Origin: Opitutia bacterium
GTDB lineage: Bacteria; Verrucomicrobiota; Verrucomicrobiia; Opitutales; Opitutaceae
Direction: 5' to 3'
NCBI GenBank assembly: GCA_947478395.1
Contig: CANJVR010000007.1
Coordinates: forward strand, 32,001 to 96,000
DNA length: 64,000 nucleotides
In this document: in pieces, positions 17,694 to 27,437 of the stretch
How the letters are laid out: each line of letters starts with the position of its first letter
Numbering within the stretch: position 1 is the first letter of the stretch
The notes under the pieces: generated by a model
Told to the model about the DNA's origin: nothing
Databases searched by the model: none
The model's input: the letters and a program-made list of their open reading frames with translations, nothing else
Program-made: the position numbers and the translations under genes

Positions 17694-20600
17694 ACGTTGG
17701 ATGGGCGGGAGACGAGTTGGCTATGCCTTTTTTCGATGCGCCGCAGAACTCCGATCGAGCTCCCGAGCAGCACGATACCCACGGCCGAGAAGACGAGGGA
17801 AAGGGTGAAGCGGGCGGGGCGGTAAGTGAACTCGACGTGGTGGCGTCCGCTGGTGGGAATCAGGACGCCCTTGAACGCATGATTGATGCGCAAGCAGGGC
17901 ACGCGCGCGCCGTCGAGCGTCGCGATGAAATCGTGGGCGAGCCAGGCCTCACTGAGGACCGCGAGGCCGGGGCCGCTGGCTTCGATATCGAACGCGGTGG
18001 TGTTGGTCGTCAGGCGATAGTTGCGCGCGGGCGCGACGGCGCGATCGGATAAAGCCGAAGGGACATTGGCGGGAATGGCGCGATCGCCGATTTGCATCGC
18101 GGCAAACGGACGGCGGTCACCGCCTTTAACGAGTTGCGCGAAATCGGCCGGCTTTGCGTAGGTGGCCACGCGGTCGGTGAAGAAAGCACGGGGCCACGCC
18201 GTTTCGCTGCGATACACATCCAAGTCGCCGTCGAACACCGGGGTGAGCACCGATCCCTGCCGGCCATGATCGCTTTTATAATCGAGATAGTGGCGGACGT
18301 TCAGAAAATCGTAGACCGGCCGGAGAGCGGCAAAGGTGGGAAATTCAACGTAGATCCGCCAATCCCAGATCCGGTTGAGCCCGCACGCATCGAGGAGTTC
18401 GCGGTACTTCGGATTCATGAGTGCGTCGGGTCCGCAGATGCCTTCGAGGTGGTACACGTCGTTCCAACCGGGGAACAGGTTGCCATGAAAACCCGCGGCG
18501 CGTCCTGGCTCGCCTTTCTGATCCGCCTGCAACGCCGCGATCGCCGGCGACTTCGCCTGAAAGTCTGCTCGCAACATCGGGGTTACGACTCGTCCTCCGA
18601 AGCCCATGGACCGGTGCCAGCCGTGACGCCACAACATCACGATCATACACGTCACAGCGACCAGAATGACGGCTGTGGTCGGTCCCCGCGTTGCGATGCG
18701 TCGCATCGCGAGTGCAAAACCGATCAGTGCCAGCAGCAAAACGATCAGGCTGACCCAGACAAACGCGCTATAGGGCAGCGTCTCGCCCCAGTGGAGATAG
18801 GAATACGAACTGCGTTGGACAACCTGGGTGAACGCGATGTAGGGGAAAACCAGAGCGAACAGCAGGAGTCCGCCGGTCGCGAGATCGCCCCGGCTTTCGG
18901 GTTGGCCGAGGCGGGGGGCGGCGGTCGCAAAACCCACGCCCGCGAGTACGGCGAGGATGAGCACGAGGCCGCAGCCGAAGGAATTGTCGAGGTGGGCGAC
19001 GTTCCTGAGAAAGGGAATTTGCACAATCCACTGCGGCGGAATTAGCCCGAAAACCATTGCGAGCGGCAGCAGTGCCGCCAGCGCAAGCCCGCGGATGAGC
19101 CGCGGTGCGGTCGCGGTGCGGAGCTGCACCAAAAATGCCAGCACGCCTCCGAGTAGGAAAAAATTAAGCGACGGGTTGTAAACGCGTTCTCCTTCCCAAA
19201 ACGGCCGGAGCAAAATTTCGTCGAAGAAGCCGAGGGCCAGGCTGGGTTGCAGCTGGTACGCGGTCGGCGCGTTGTAGCTCGTGTAGGATTGCGTGAGCGC
19301 GTCGAGAAACGTCAGCCAAACCGGAGCGGCAAGCAGCACCATGATCAGACCGGCCCACGCCGTCAGGCCGAAGCGCACCAGCCGTTCGTGCACCGGCAGC
19401 GGAGCGAACAGCAACATGACGGCTCCCGCAAAATTGAGCGTGAGGAGCAGCATGTAGGCCTCCTTCGCCGTGCCGCTGTTCAGCATCGTCCAATTCACCA
19501 GCAATAATGCGCCAGCGGCCCAAGCCGCGCCCGTCCATCGCTGGGCCGTGGCGATCCGCAGCCAGCAATAGAGCATCCACGGCGCGTAGCAGAAACTGAA
19601 GAAAGCCGGATGATTTACGCGGAAGGGAAAAAATCCGACGAAGTCCGCGGCGAACGCGACGAGCAGCGCCGCCGGCAGCGAGCGCGTGAGGGTGAGCACG
19701 CACAGCCCGAGTCCGCAGGCCAGCAGCCATTTCGCGGTGAGATATTTCAAATCCCAGGCCCAAGCTGCGCCATTGGCCAGAATTACAAAACAATGAAGCG
19801 GATCGCCGAACATCGACTGGCCCTGACCCAGCAGCGGGGTACCGGCGGAATTGTAGCGATTCCACAGCGGCAGCTCGCCATCACGCAGGACCGCGTCGTG
19901 TTCCAGCATCGAGAGCGGAATATGCGCCCACATGATCGCCCCGATATCGGCCCCTTTGACGTCGCTGGTTTCGTTACCCTGATAGCCCGGTAGCGTCGGG
20001 TAGTCTTCGTAAAGTAAAATGGTGCCGATGTTGGGTGAGACGATGCTCTTGCCCATGAACACAACCGGATAACTACTGATCACCACGGCAGCGACCGCGC
20101 CGAGCATGATCGCCCGCACAGGGCGCAAGGTCAGCCACGCCCAAACGGCGGCCCTGCGCGAACGTTGTGATCGAGCCCACCATACCAGGCCCAAAACCAG
20201 CAAAAAAACAGGGCCGCCGCGCATCGCGGCCGCGCGGAGATTTTCCGCGAGGCCAATTGAAAGCGTGAACGGAGCGTCGAGCCGGATTTGCAGGTTGGGA
20301 TCATTGGCGTCGGGCTGGGTCACGATTTCCAGTTTTTCTCCGGCGATGCTCAGCCGCGTGATTTGATTTTCTGCGATGAAATCAACCGGAGCGAAACGGC
20401 GGACGATGTGTCCGTCCGGCGCGCGGATGACGGCATCGGAAAACGTGAACGTGGTTTCGCGATTGAGAGGATCGAAACGCAGGGCTTTAAACGTGCCCAA
20501 GGGGAGCGCCAATCTCAGACGGGTGGGCGTACCGGCCACCACCGCGGCGGTGGCGGAATCGCCTTCGTTTAGTCCGTGGCCGACGTCGTAGTAGATCTGG

Positions 20601-20743
20601 GCCGTACCCGCGGCCGACGATTGGACCGTGAGTTCAAAATGGAACTGCTCAACTTTCCAGCCGGCAAAGGGCAGGAAAGGGATGGTCGTCAGCGCGCTGA
20701 GAAGCGCGGCAGCGAGGAGGGTGGGCAGCGAAAAAAACTTCAT
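17690..20743 (-). CDS. YfhO-like large membrane glycosyltransferase (GT-C)
   Basis: GELPLWNRYNSAGTPLLG motif, many TMs, YfhO-type C-terminus (PRAF...LVLSEAW...INHAFKGV...HHVEFTYRP). Confidence 0.8.
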   Translation of the reverse strand: MKFFSLPTLLAAALLSALTTIPFLPFAGWKVEQFHFELTVQSSAAGTAQIYYDVGHGLNEGDSATAAVVAGTPTRLRLALPLGTFKALRFDPLNRETTFTFSDAVIRAPDGHIVRRFAPVDFIAENQITRLSIAGEKLEIVTQPDANDPNLQIRLDAPFTLSIGLAENLRAAAMRGGPVFLLVLGLVWWARSQRSRRAAVWAWLTLRPVRAIMLGAVAAVVISSYPVVFMGKSIVSPNIGTILLYEDYPTLPGYQGNETSDVKGADIGAIMWAHIPLSMLEHDAVLRDGELPLWNRYNSAGTPLLGQGQSMFGDPLHCFVILANGAAWAWDLKYLTAKWLLACGLGLCVLTLTRSLPAALLVAFAADFVGFFPFRVNHPAFFSFCYAPWMLYCWLRIATAQRWTGAAWAAGALLLVNWTMLNSGTAKEAYMLLLTLNFAGAVMLLFAPLPVHERLVRFGLTAWAGLIMVLLAAPVWLTFLDALTQSYTSYNAPTAYQLQPSLALGFFDEILLRPFWEGERVYNPSLNFFLLGGVLAFLVQLRTATAPRLIRGLALAALLPLAMVFGLIPPQWIVQIPFLRNVAHLDNSFGCGLVLILAVLAGVGFATAAPRLGQPESRGDLATGGLLLFALVFPYIAFTQVVQRSSYSYLHWGETLPYSAFVWVSLIVLLLALIGFALAMRRIATRGPTTAVILVAVTCMIVMLWRHGWHRSMGFGGRVVTPMLRADFQAKSPAIAALQADQKGEPGRAAGFHGNLFPGWNDVYHLEGICGPDALMNPKYRELLDACGLNRIWDWRIYVEFPTFAALRPVYDFLNVRHYLDYKSDHGRQGSVLTPVFDGDLDVYRSETAWPRAFFTDRVATYAKPADFAQLVKGGDRRPFAAMQIGDRAIPANVPSALSDRAVAPARNYRLTTNTTAFDIEASGPGLAVLSEAWLAHDFIATLDGARVPCLRINHAFKGVLIPTSGRHHVEFTYRPARFTLSLVFSAVGIVLLGSSIGVLRRIEKRHSQLVSRPSNV

Positions 20744-20896
20744 GCGCGACCCGCAGTCTCGGAGAGGCGGTAGCTGCCTGACAAGGGATTATCTACTTTC
20801 TGCGAAGTCGCGCGGGCCCGCGAAACGGAACGACCGTGGTAAAGCCCGCGGCGTGCGAGCCTCGGACAGCAGCTCGCACCTCACGGAATCGCAGCC

Positions 20897-20930
20897 ACAA
20901 AAAAGGCCGCCCCGAAGGGCGGCCTTTTGT
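20897..20930 (-). terminator. Rho-independent terminator (possibly bidirectional) of second TonB receptor
   Basis: AAAAAAGGCCGCCC-cgaa-GGGCGGCCTTTT; UUCG tetraloop on the minus strand with T-tracts on both sides. Confidence 0.9.
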
Positions 20931-20968
20931 ACCAATTTTAGAACCCGAGGGGCTCTAATGCGATTCGC

Positions 20969-23428
20969 TTAGAATTTGTAGCTGATCGTGAGCTCGGCGT
21001 GGAATGGCAGTTCGGCGTTGATCGAGCCATCACCGTAACCGGGATTAGGCGCCGACCAGTTTTTCTGGTCGGTGACGTTCATGAGCGAGAGCCGGGCGTC
21101 CCACTTGCCCAACCGGTAGGCGAGCGTCACATCCGTCGTGTACTGCCACGGAATCTTGTTGGCCGAGAGCACGACGGGCGTGCCGAAACCCGAGATGCCG
21201 TTGCCCACCTGGCTGGTGACGATCTCGCCGGTGAAAACGGTGCCGATCGAGGCGGAAAATTCCGGCGTGAATTTATAATTCACGAGGAAATTCAGCAGGT
21301 TCCGCGGCATGCCCGGCTGCTGGAATTCAGCGCTGATGGACGGAAAGTCCGGGGTCACCGGCACGCTCGAACCGATGCGCTTGTCGTACACGATCGAATC
21401 CGCGAGGAAGCCAGTGTAGCGCTGCTTCGAGTCGAAGAAGCTATAAGACACGGTGGCGAACAGCTTTTTGTTCGGTTGATAGTTGGCCTCGATTTCGAAC
21501 CCCTTGGATTTGATCGTGCGGTGTTTGCCATCGAGGGTGTTCCACGTCTGCTCCTGATCGTAAACGGCCGTGCCCACGAAGATTTTGCCGCCGGCGAGCG
21601 AGGATTTCAGACCGACTTCGTTCAGGTAGTTTTTCTTTTGGAACTGGAATTTGTAGAAATGCCGGGCATCGCCGCCGTAGCTCGAGTCGAGAAACGCGTA
21701 GCCGCCGCCGAGGGCGCCTTCCGCCGAGGTGGCAAAAGAGTAGGTGTAGTACGCGCTGACCTGGTCGGTGATTTTGTACACGGCGCTGGCATTGTAGCTG
21801 GGCAGCCAGACGGCGATCTCATCACTGACGGCGGTGAAGCCGGGAGGCGGCACAGGGTCGGTGTTCTTCACCTTCATGTAGTCATCGCGCGCGCCAGCCA
21901 GCAGGCTGAAGCTTTTGCTGAAGACGAAGTCATGCTGATAAAACGGCCCGAATTGCGACAGCTTTGAATCGTTGCTGCTGCCACCCCCGTTGTACTGGGT
22001 GAAAACGCCGCCGGGGAAAACCACCGGATAGTTGGCGCCAGGGGTTGCATAAACGCCCGGCAGCACGCCACGCGGACCGAAACCGGGCACCAGCACGGAG
22101 GCGTTGTAACCGCCGAAAGACGCGGCGGGCACGCGGTTCAAATTACCGTCGCGGGTGATATCCCAGGAGTTGATCGGCTCGTGATAAAAATCGTCCGCGG
22201 CCCACACCGATTGGTAGCGCGCGGAAAAACCGGCGGCAAAATTACCGGTGACGCCGCCAACGTCGATCTTATCGACGTACTGCAGGCGGTTTTCGAGGCC
22301 GTAGTTGTCCTTGTGTACGGACGCGTAGTAGTAGGATGAAAACGTGTCGCGGTTGATGTAGTTGAAGAACGTGTTGTTCACGATCTTCGCGTCGCCGCCG
22401 AGGGCGAACGTCTGGATCGCCTGCGCGGTGTAGTTGACGCCGTAGCTGTCATCGCCGGGCGACAAAAGGCGTTTGCGGCGGTCGAGTTTCACCGGCGTGC
22501 CGTAAGCCTGCACGGGGTTGAAGGCGCCGCCGACGGTCCGGGCGTACGTCGCATATTGGGCGTTGGTTTGCGCGTCGGGGATGTAGTAGCCGGTGTCGAT
22601 CAGCTGCTGCGTGACGCGGTTGATGCCCCAGTTCTCGGTGAAATCGGCCACGTAGAATTCACTGTTCAGCTCGAGCGTGTAATTCTGGCTCGGATGCCAC
22701 TCGATCGCTCCATAGATCGCCTGGGTCTTTTTTTTGCCGCCGTAGTAATAGCTACCGGAATCTTCGCCCGAATAGCTCACGCGATAGGCGAGTTGCTGGG
22801 AAACGGGGCCGCCGAGATCGACGGTCCAGCGGCGTTGATCGAACATTCCGACCGTGCCGGCGACAGAGCCTTTGAATTTATCGAAGTAGGGCTTTTTCGT
22901 GATGAAGTCCGCGTAGCCGCCCGTGTAGCTGGTCGCTCCGTAGATCACGCTGGCGGTGCCCTTGACGATGTTGGCCGACTCCACGGAATTAAAATTCACC
23001 GGCATGCCGTTGCCGTTGACGGTGAGGCCGCGGCGCATGCCGTTGATGAGCACGTCGGCGGTTTGCCCGCGGATCGACGGATTCGAAGGCAGACCGAAAT
23101 TGGTCTGGGTGTAGCTCGAAGCCGTGAGCTTGGAGAAGTCGCGCGTCTCCTGAATGCCGATGACATTCATTTGTTCGCGCGAGATGATCGTCACGTTACG
23201 GGGCGTATCGAGAATGCTCAGCTCGGTTCCGAAGACCGAATTGAACGGCCGCGACGTCGGCAGAATCTGCTGCTCGATCGGAACGGAGTTCACTTCGAAC
23301 TTCTCCATTTTTACGGTTTCATCCGCGGTGGCGGGGGCGTTTTGGGCGCCCACAAGGGGAGCAAACATGGCGGCGGTGAGCGCCGCACATAGTGCGCGAA
23401 GAGATGTTTGGTTGGTGGTTAGGTTCAT
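20969..23428 (-). CDS. TonB-dependent receptor
   Basis: Signal peptide, ETVKMEKFEV TonB-box region, LDTPRNVTIIS plug, IVKG.ASVIYG, C-terminal ISYKF. Confidence 0.9.
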   Translation of the reverse strand: MNLTTNQTSLRALCAALTAAMFAPLVGAQNAPATADETVKMEKFEVNSVPIEQQILPTSRPFNSVFGTELSILDTPRNVTIISREQMNVIGIQETRDFSKLTASSYTQTNFGLPSNPSIRGQTADVLINGMRRGLTVNGNGMPVNFNSVESANIVKGTASVIYGATSYTGGYADFITKKPYFDKFKGSVAGTVGMFDQRRWTVDLGGPVSQQLAYRVSYSGEDSGSYYYGGKKKTQAIYGAIEWHPSQNYTLELNSEFYVADFTENWGINRVTQQLIDTGYYIPDAQTNAQYATYARTVGGAFNPVQAYGTPVKLDRRKRLLSPGDDSYGVNYTAQAIQTFALGGDAKIVNNTFFNYINRDTFSSYYYASVHKDNYGLENRLQYVDKIDVGGVTGNFAAGFSARYQSVWAADDFYHEPINSWDITRDGNLNRVPAASFGGYNASVLVPGFGPRGVLPGVYATPGANYPVVFPGGVFTQYNGGGSSNDSKLSQFGPFYQHDFVFSKSFSLLAGARDDYMKVKNTDPVPPPGFTAVSDEIAVWLPSYNASAVYKITDQVSAYYTYSFATSAEGALGGGYAFLDSSYGGDARHFYKFQFQKKNYLNEVGLKSSLAGGKIFVGTAVYDQEQTWNTLDGKHRTIKSKGFEIEANYQPNKKLFATVSYSFFDSKQRYTGFLADSIVYDKRIGSSVPVTPDFPSISAEFQQPGMPRNLLNFLVNYKFTPEFSASIGTVFTGEIVTSQVGNGISGFGTPVVLSANKIPWQYTTDVTLAYRLGKWDARLSLMNVTDQKNWSAPNPGYGDGSINAELPFHAELTISYKF

Positions 23429-23447
23429 GCTTTGTCAGGACGTCATG

Positions 23448-23463
23448 AGCACGGCATGTGCCA
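23448..23463 (-). promoter_or_regulatory. sigma54-type promoter of TonB receptor
   Basis: Minus strand TGGCAC-ATGCC-GTGCT, near consensus, 19 nt before ATG, with an A/T tract upstream. Confidence 0.7.
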
Positions 23464-23560
23464 CCGTCGGACTCCATATAAAAAGAGAAACCCTGAAAAT
23501 TCAGCGGCGGGTCGTCGTCCGCGGCCGGAAAGGCCAAGAGCCAAACCGTAAACGCTCTTT

Positions 23561-24115
23561 TCAGTCGCACCGGCTCAAAATTGCGTCGGCCGCCGCCGTG
23601 AAGTCCCGCACCGAAATATCCGGCGCGGCGCGCAGCTCTTCCGCGTAGCCGAAATCGATGAAAACCGTGCGCACGCCCGCTCGCTGACCGCAGTCGATGT
23701 CCCGCCAGCGATCTCCGATCATCCACGAACGTCCGAGGTCGAGACCCAGGCGGCGAGCCGCGTCGAGCAACATGCCCGCCTCGGGCTTGCGCCGATAGTC
23801 GTCAGGGTGGGCGATCCCCTGGCCGGGCGCATAGCAGACTTCGATTTGCGCGATCGTGGGGACAAGTTCGCGCAACCGGTCATGCATGGCCTCGACAACA
23901 GATTGGTCCTGATCGCCGCGACCGACGTCGGGCTGATTGGTCGCCACGATCAGTACATAGCCGGCCGCGGCGAGGCGGGCGCATGCCTCGGGCACGCCGG
24001 GGAACAGTTTGAACTCAGCGAGCGTTTGCGGCGGATAAGGTTTGCCGTCGCGGATGACCTGAACGTTCAACGTCCCGTCGCGATCGAGGAAGACAGCGGG
24101 GCGGAGGGTAGGCAT
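23561..24115 (-). CDS. gmhB: D-glycero-D-manno-heptose 1,7-bisphosphate phosphatase (HAD IIIA)
   Basis: FLDRDGTLN, ATNQP, RKPEAGML, SWMIGDRWRDI; next to gmhA. Confidence 0.85.
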   Translation of the reverse strand: MPTLRPAVFLDRDGTLNVQVIRDGKPYPPQTLAEFKLFPGVPEACARLAAAGYVLIVATNQPDVGRGDQDQSVVEAMHDRLRELVPTIAQIEVCYAPGQGIAHPDDYRRKPEAGMLLDAARRLGLDLGRSWMIGDRWRDIDCGQRAGVRTVFIDFGYAEELRAAPDISVRDFTAAADAILSRCD

Positions 24116-24154
24116 ATGACTCCTGACTGCGACTGATGCCTGGCGTGGGCGGAT

Positions 24155-24183
24155 AAAAAAAGGGCCGGTCGCAGACCGGCCCT
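24155..24183 (-). terminator. Intra-operonic terminator-like hairpin between gmhA and gmhB
   Basis: Minus strand AGGGCCGGTC-tgc-GACCGGCCC followed by T7. Confidence 0.7.
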
Positions 24184-24195
24184 GCGGAAGGAGCG

Positions 24196-24801
24196 TCAGG
24201 GTTTCCCGACAACGCTTTCCCACTTCGTCTGATTCACCTTGATGTCCGGATGCGAAACCCAGAGGTGCCAGATCACGGCCTGAAACGCTTCGCTGTGGGG
24301 CGTGATGTTATTCGCGTTGACGGTTGGGACGATCACGCACGCGTCAGCCTGGGTGGCGGTGTACCCGCCGTCCTTGCCCACGATGCCGATGACGCGGGCG
24401 CCGACCTGTTTCGCCAGCTGGATCGCGGAGATAAAACCGGGTGACACATTTTTCTCCAAGTTGCCGCCGCCGACGGAAAGAATCAGGATCGCGTCCTTGC
24501 TGTTCAGCCGGGAGCCGCGGAGCCACTCGACGAACACGCTGGCCCAGCCGTCGTCGTTAGTGCGGGCGGTGAGTTCCGAGACGTTGTCGGTCGGAGCGTA
24601 AACTTCGAGGCCGGCGATTTTGCGAAAATCGTTCACGGCGTGGGAGGCGTTGGCCGCGCTGCCGCCGACACCCAAGATGAAAAGTCGTCCACCGCGAGTG
24701 CGAACGCCGACGAGCTCGCGCACGCATTTTTCGCAATCCTCGGGGTTGATTTTTGCAACGATCTCGGCGGTTTCCTTGAGGTGTTGGATGGAGTAGGACA
24801 T
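24196..24801 (-). CDS. gmhA: Phosphoheptose isomerase (SIS domain)
   Basis: LFILGVGGSAANASHAVNDFRK, TARTNDDG, TPHSEAFQAVIWH; heptose-pathway context. Confidence 0.8.
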   Translation of the reverse strand: MSYSIQHLKETAEIVAKINPEDCEKCVRELVGVRTRGGRLFILGVGGSAANASHAVNDFRKIAGLEVYAPTDNVSELTARTNDDGWASVFVEWLRGSRLNSKDAILILSVGGGNLEKNVSPGFISAIQLAKQVGARVIGIVGKDGGYTATQADACVIVPTVNANNITPHSEAFQAVIWHLWVSHPDIKVNQTKWESVVGKP

Positions 24802-25168
24802 GAGAAAATTTCTGCGAGGGTGCGGCGTGAAGCGCGGATATTTGGTTTCAAGCCCGCGTTGACAATCCCATTCCTACCTCAACGCGGAACCGACCTGACC
24901 CGGCGGGCGGGAATTTTTTCGATGACGTGGCTGCAACCGCAGATCGTGTTTCTCGCCGTCCCTGAAAATACGCGCACGGCCGATGGGGCTGGCGATCGGT
25001 TCGGGCTGGTTGCCTGCGTAGTCTATCTCGCTTTTGCGTTGCTGGTGCCACGTGCCGGCGATGAGCCGCCGCCAACGATCAAAGGTTTTACCATCGGGAA
25101 AATCCGACTAACGACTCCCGCTCGATTTTTCGTTTCGTTTCGAAGTCACGACCGAAGTCGCGGTGGCT

Positions 25169-25879
25169 TTAGTTTGGCGCGGCGCGCAGAAGGGCGTCGA
25201 GTTCCTTGAGGCCTTCATGCGAACCGATTTCGTAGAAGCGCTCCGGGATTTCGTAGCCGGCCAGTTGGCGGCGGGCGACGAGCGCGCTTTGCACGGCAGC
25301 GAGGTCCACGACCGCATCGCGGGGAAAGCCATCGAACGCCGCGGCGCGAAAAACGCCAAGGCCGTAGTCGATGTGATGCATGGCCGGCGTCTTGTTTTTC
25401 TTGTCGTAAACTTTGATTTCTCCTTCGGCGAATTCGACGTTGCTGACGTCGTAGCGCTCGTGATTTTCGAATACCGTCATCAACCCGAGGTGACCGGAGC
25501 GCGCGAAGTGATCGCCGACCGCGAGGTAGTCGATGGGCAGGTAGCTATCGCCGTAGAGCACGTAAAACGCGTCGCCGAGTTTGGGCAGGGCCTGAATGAG
25601 CGCGCCGCCGGTGCCGAGCAGTTTTGGGCCGTCGAACGAATACTCGATCTGAATGCCCCACTGGGAACCGTCGCCGTACAGCTCGACGATTTTTTCCCCG
25701 AGATAGCCGACACACAGTACGATTTTCGTGAGCCCCGCTTTTTTCAGCAGGCGAATCTGGTGCGAGAAAAACGGTTCACCCGCGACTTCGATGAGCAGTT
25801 TGGGGACTTTCTCCGTGATCGGACGCAGCCGGGTGGCGAGGCCGCCGGCGAGAAGAGCCACTGGAAAATTGGAAGACAT
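25169..25879 (-). CDS. hddC: Sugar-1-phosphate nucleotidyltransferase (heptose-1-P guanylyltransferase-like)
   Basis: LAGGLATRL...PK, LLGTGGAL, LYGDSY, FYEIGS; context with hddA, gmhA and gmhB. Confidence 0.75.
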   Translation of the reverse strand: MSSNFPVALLAGGLATRLRPITEKVPKLLIEVAGEPFFSHQIRLLKKAGLTKIVLCVGYLGEKIVELYGDGSQWGIQIEYSFDGPKLLGTGGALIQALPKLGDAFYVLYGDSYLPIDYLAVGDHFARSGHLGLMTVFENHERYDVSNVEFAEGEIKVYDKKNKTPAMHHIDYGLGVFRAAAFDGFPRDAVVDLAAVQSALVARRQLAGYEIPERFYEIGSHEGLKELDALLRAAPN

Positions 25880-25947
25880 GGGAAAGTGGGAAGTGGACGT
25901 GAAAGCGGGAAGAGCTGAGCGGCCTTTGGCTAAACGGGCGTTAATGG

Positions 25948-26038
25948 GGTAGGGCGCGTTATCCTTAACGCGCCGGTTCGGCGTCGCTCTTTCGGTGAGC
26001 CGAGTCGCAGCGGCGGGTTAGGGATAACCCGCCCTACC
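25948..26038. repeat. GTAG-type REP doublet (family B), copy 1
   Basis: GGTAGGGCGCGTTATCCTTAACGCGCC-spacer-GGCGGGTTAGGGATAACCCGCCCTACC. The same element occurs at 42452 and 62700. Confidence 0.85.
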
Positions 26039-26073
26039 TTCAGAACGACCCTTTTCGCCGCCCTCCTGGATTT

Positions 26074-27057
26074 TCAGTCCTGCGTCACCACCTTGCTCCC
26101 TTCGAAATCGAAACGGAAGCGCACCTCGGTGAGACCCTTTTCGCGCATCGCGTGGCGAAGTTTCTTTTTGTCGCCGGCGTAGAACATCAGGAAGCCGCCG
26201 CCGCCCGCGCCGATGAGCTTGCCGCCGAGCGCGCCGTTTTGCATCGCGTGATCGTACCAATCGTTGATCACCGCGTTGCTCATGCCGGCGCTGCGCGCTT
26301 TTTTGCGCTGCCAGTGCACATCCATCAGCCGCGCGAACTCCTCAAGATTGCCGCCCTCCAGGCACTCGAGCGATTTGTAGCCGAGCTCCTTCGTGAAATG
26401 CAAATTGTCGAGCATAGCCTGGTCGTTGCTCTTCGATTTGTCGTTTTGGTCCTTCAAGATCGCCGAGGCGCTGCGCGAGTAGCCGGTGAAAAAGAGCAGC
26501 AGGTTGTCCTCGAGGTTGAAGAGCGTCTCCTCGGAGATTTTGCACGGCCGGTATTCGACGCGGCCATCCTTGTGAAACGTGAACGCCGTAATGCCGCCCA
26601 CCGCCGCGATATACTGGTCCTGTTTGCCGATGGGCTCGCCGAGTTTGTTGATCTCGATGTCGCACGCCTGCTCCGCGAGATCGGCCGGGTGGATGATGTT
26701 CTTTTTATAGGTGTGAAGCGCCTTGAGCAGTGCGGTGGTAAAACTCCCGGATGAACCCAGTCCGGTCCCGCCCGGAATGTCCGCCATCGAGGTGAGTTCT
26801 AGGTTCGGTGCGCCCACACCCACGAATTTCATCGCTTCGCGAATGATCGGGTGCTCGAGCTGGTCGACCGATGCGACGCGTTCGAGTTTCGAGTACTTCA
26901 CGATCAGTTCGTTGACGAATGTGCGGTGCAACGTGAGGTAAACATATTTATCGATCGCCGCCGCGACGAGAAAGCCGCCGTGCTCGCGATAATAGGAGGG
27001 GAGGTCGGTGCCGCCGCCGCCGAGGGAAATGCGAAGAGGAGAACGCGTGATGATCAT
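26074..27057 (-). CDS. hddA: D-glycero-D-manno-heptose 7-phosphate kinase (GHMP family)
   Basis: PLRISLGGGGTDLP, GTGLGSSG, GKQDQY, GGKLIGAGGGGF. Confidence 0.85.
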   Translation of the reverse strand: MIITRSPLRISLGGGGTDLPSYYREHGGFLVAAAIDKYVYLTLHRTFVNELIVKYSKLERVASVDQLEHPIIREAMKFVGVGAPNLELTSMADIPGGTGLGSSGSFTTALLKALHTYKKNIIHPADLAEQACDIEINKLGEPIGKQDQYIAAVGGITAFTFHKDGRVEYRPCKISEETLFNLEDNLLLFFTGYSRSASAILKDQNDKSKSNDQAMLDNLHFTKELGYKSLECLEGGNLEEFARLMDVHWQRKKARSAGMSNAVINDWYDHAMQNGALGGKLIGAGGGGFLMFYAGDKKKLRHAMREKGLTEVRFRFDFEGSKVVTQD

Positions 27058-27072
27058 GCGAGGGATTTAAAG

Positions 27073-27405
27073 TTATGTGGAGTGCACGGGGTTGGCGCGA
27101 CGGGCAAGCCAGCTTTGTATGAACATCCACGCGGCCCAACCCGCTACGGCGATCCAGCTGAAGGCGCTGACCCAAAACGCGGCCCGCACGAGTGGCGGTC
27201 CCACGTAGTCGAGTCGCACCTCGTTCCGTCCGGAATCCAGCGGCAACATCGCGAGGTGCCCCGGCGACTCGGTGACCGGCGCCGAAAGGGTGGCACCAGT
27301 ACCGAGCGGAATTTTCGGCCAGACGTGGCCGACGAAAATCAAAACGACCAGCACCACCGCCAGATCGATCAGCCGCTGGCGCCAGTGCGGACTACGACTT
27401 AGCAT
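27073..27405 (-). CDS. Small two-TM protein; probable internally deleted remnant of a large GT-C membrane protein
   Basis: C-terminal half (VTESPGHLAMLPLDSGRNEVRLDYVGP..RAAFWVS) aligns by eye with the C-termini of 36529-39141 and 39680-42475. Confidence 0.55.
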   Translation of the reverse strand: MLSRSPHWRQRLIDLAVVLVVLIFVGHVWPKIPLGTGATLSAPVTESPGHLAMLPLDSGRNEVRLDYVGPPLVRAAFWVSAFSWIAVAGWAAWMFIQSWLARRANPVHST

Positions 27406-27437
27406 GACGGGATCGACGTAGGTTGGCGTCTCACGCC

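Noticed and set aside
23429..23560. Possible riboswitch (e.g. cobalamin or TPP) before the TonB receptor
   Set aside because: No recognisable aptamer consensus, and the sigma54 promoter leaves no room for a leader.
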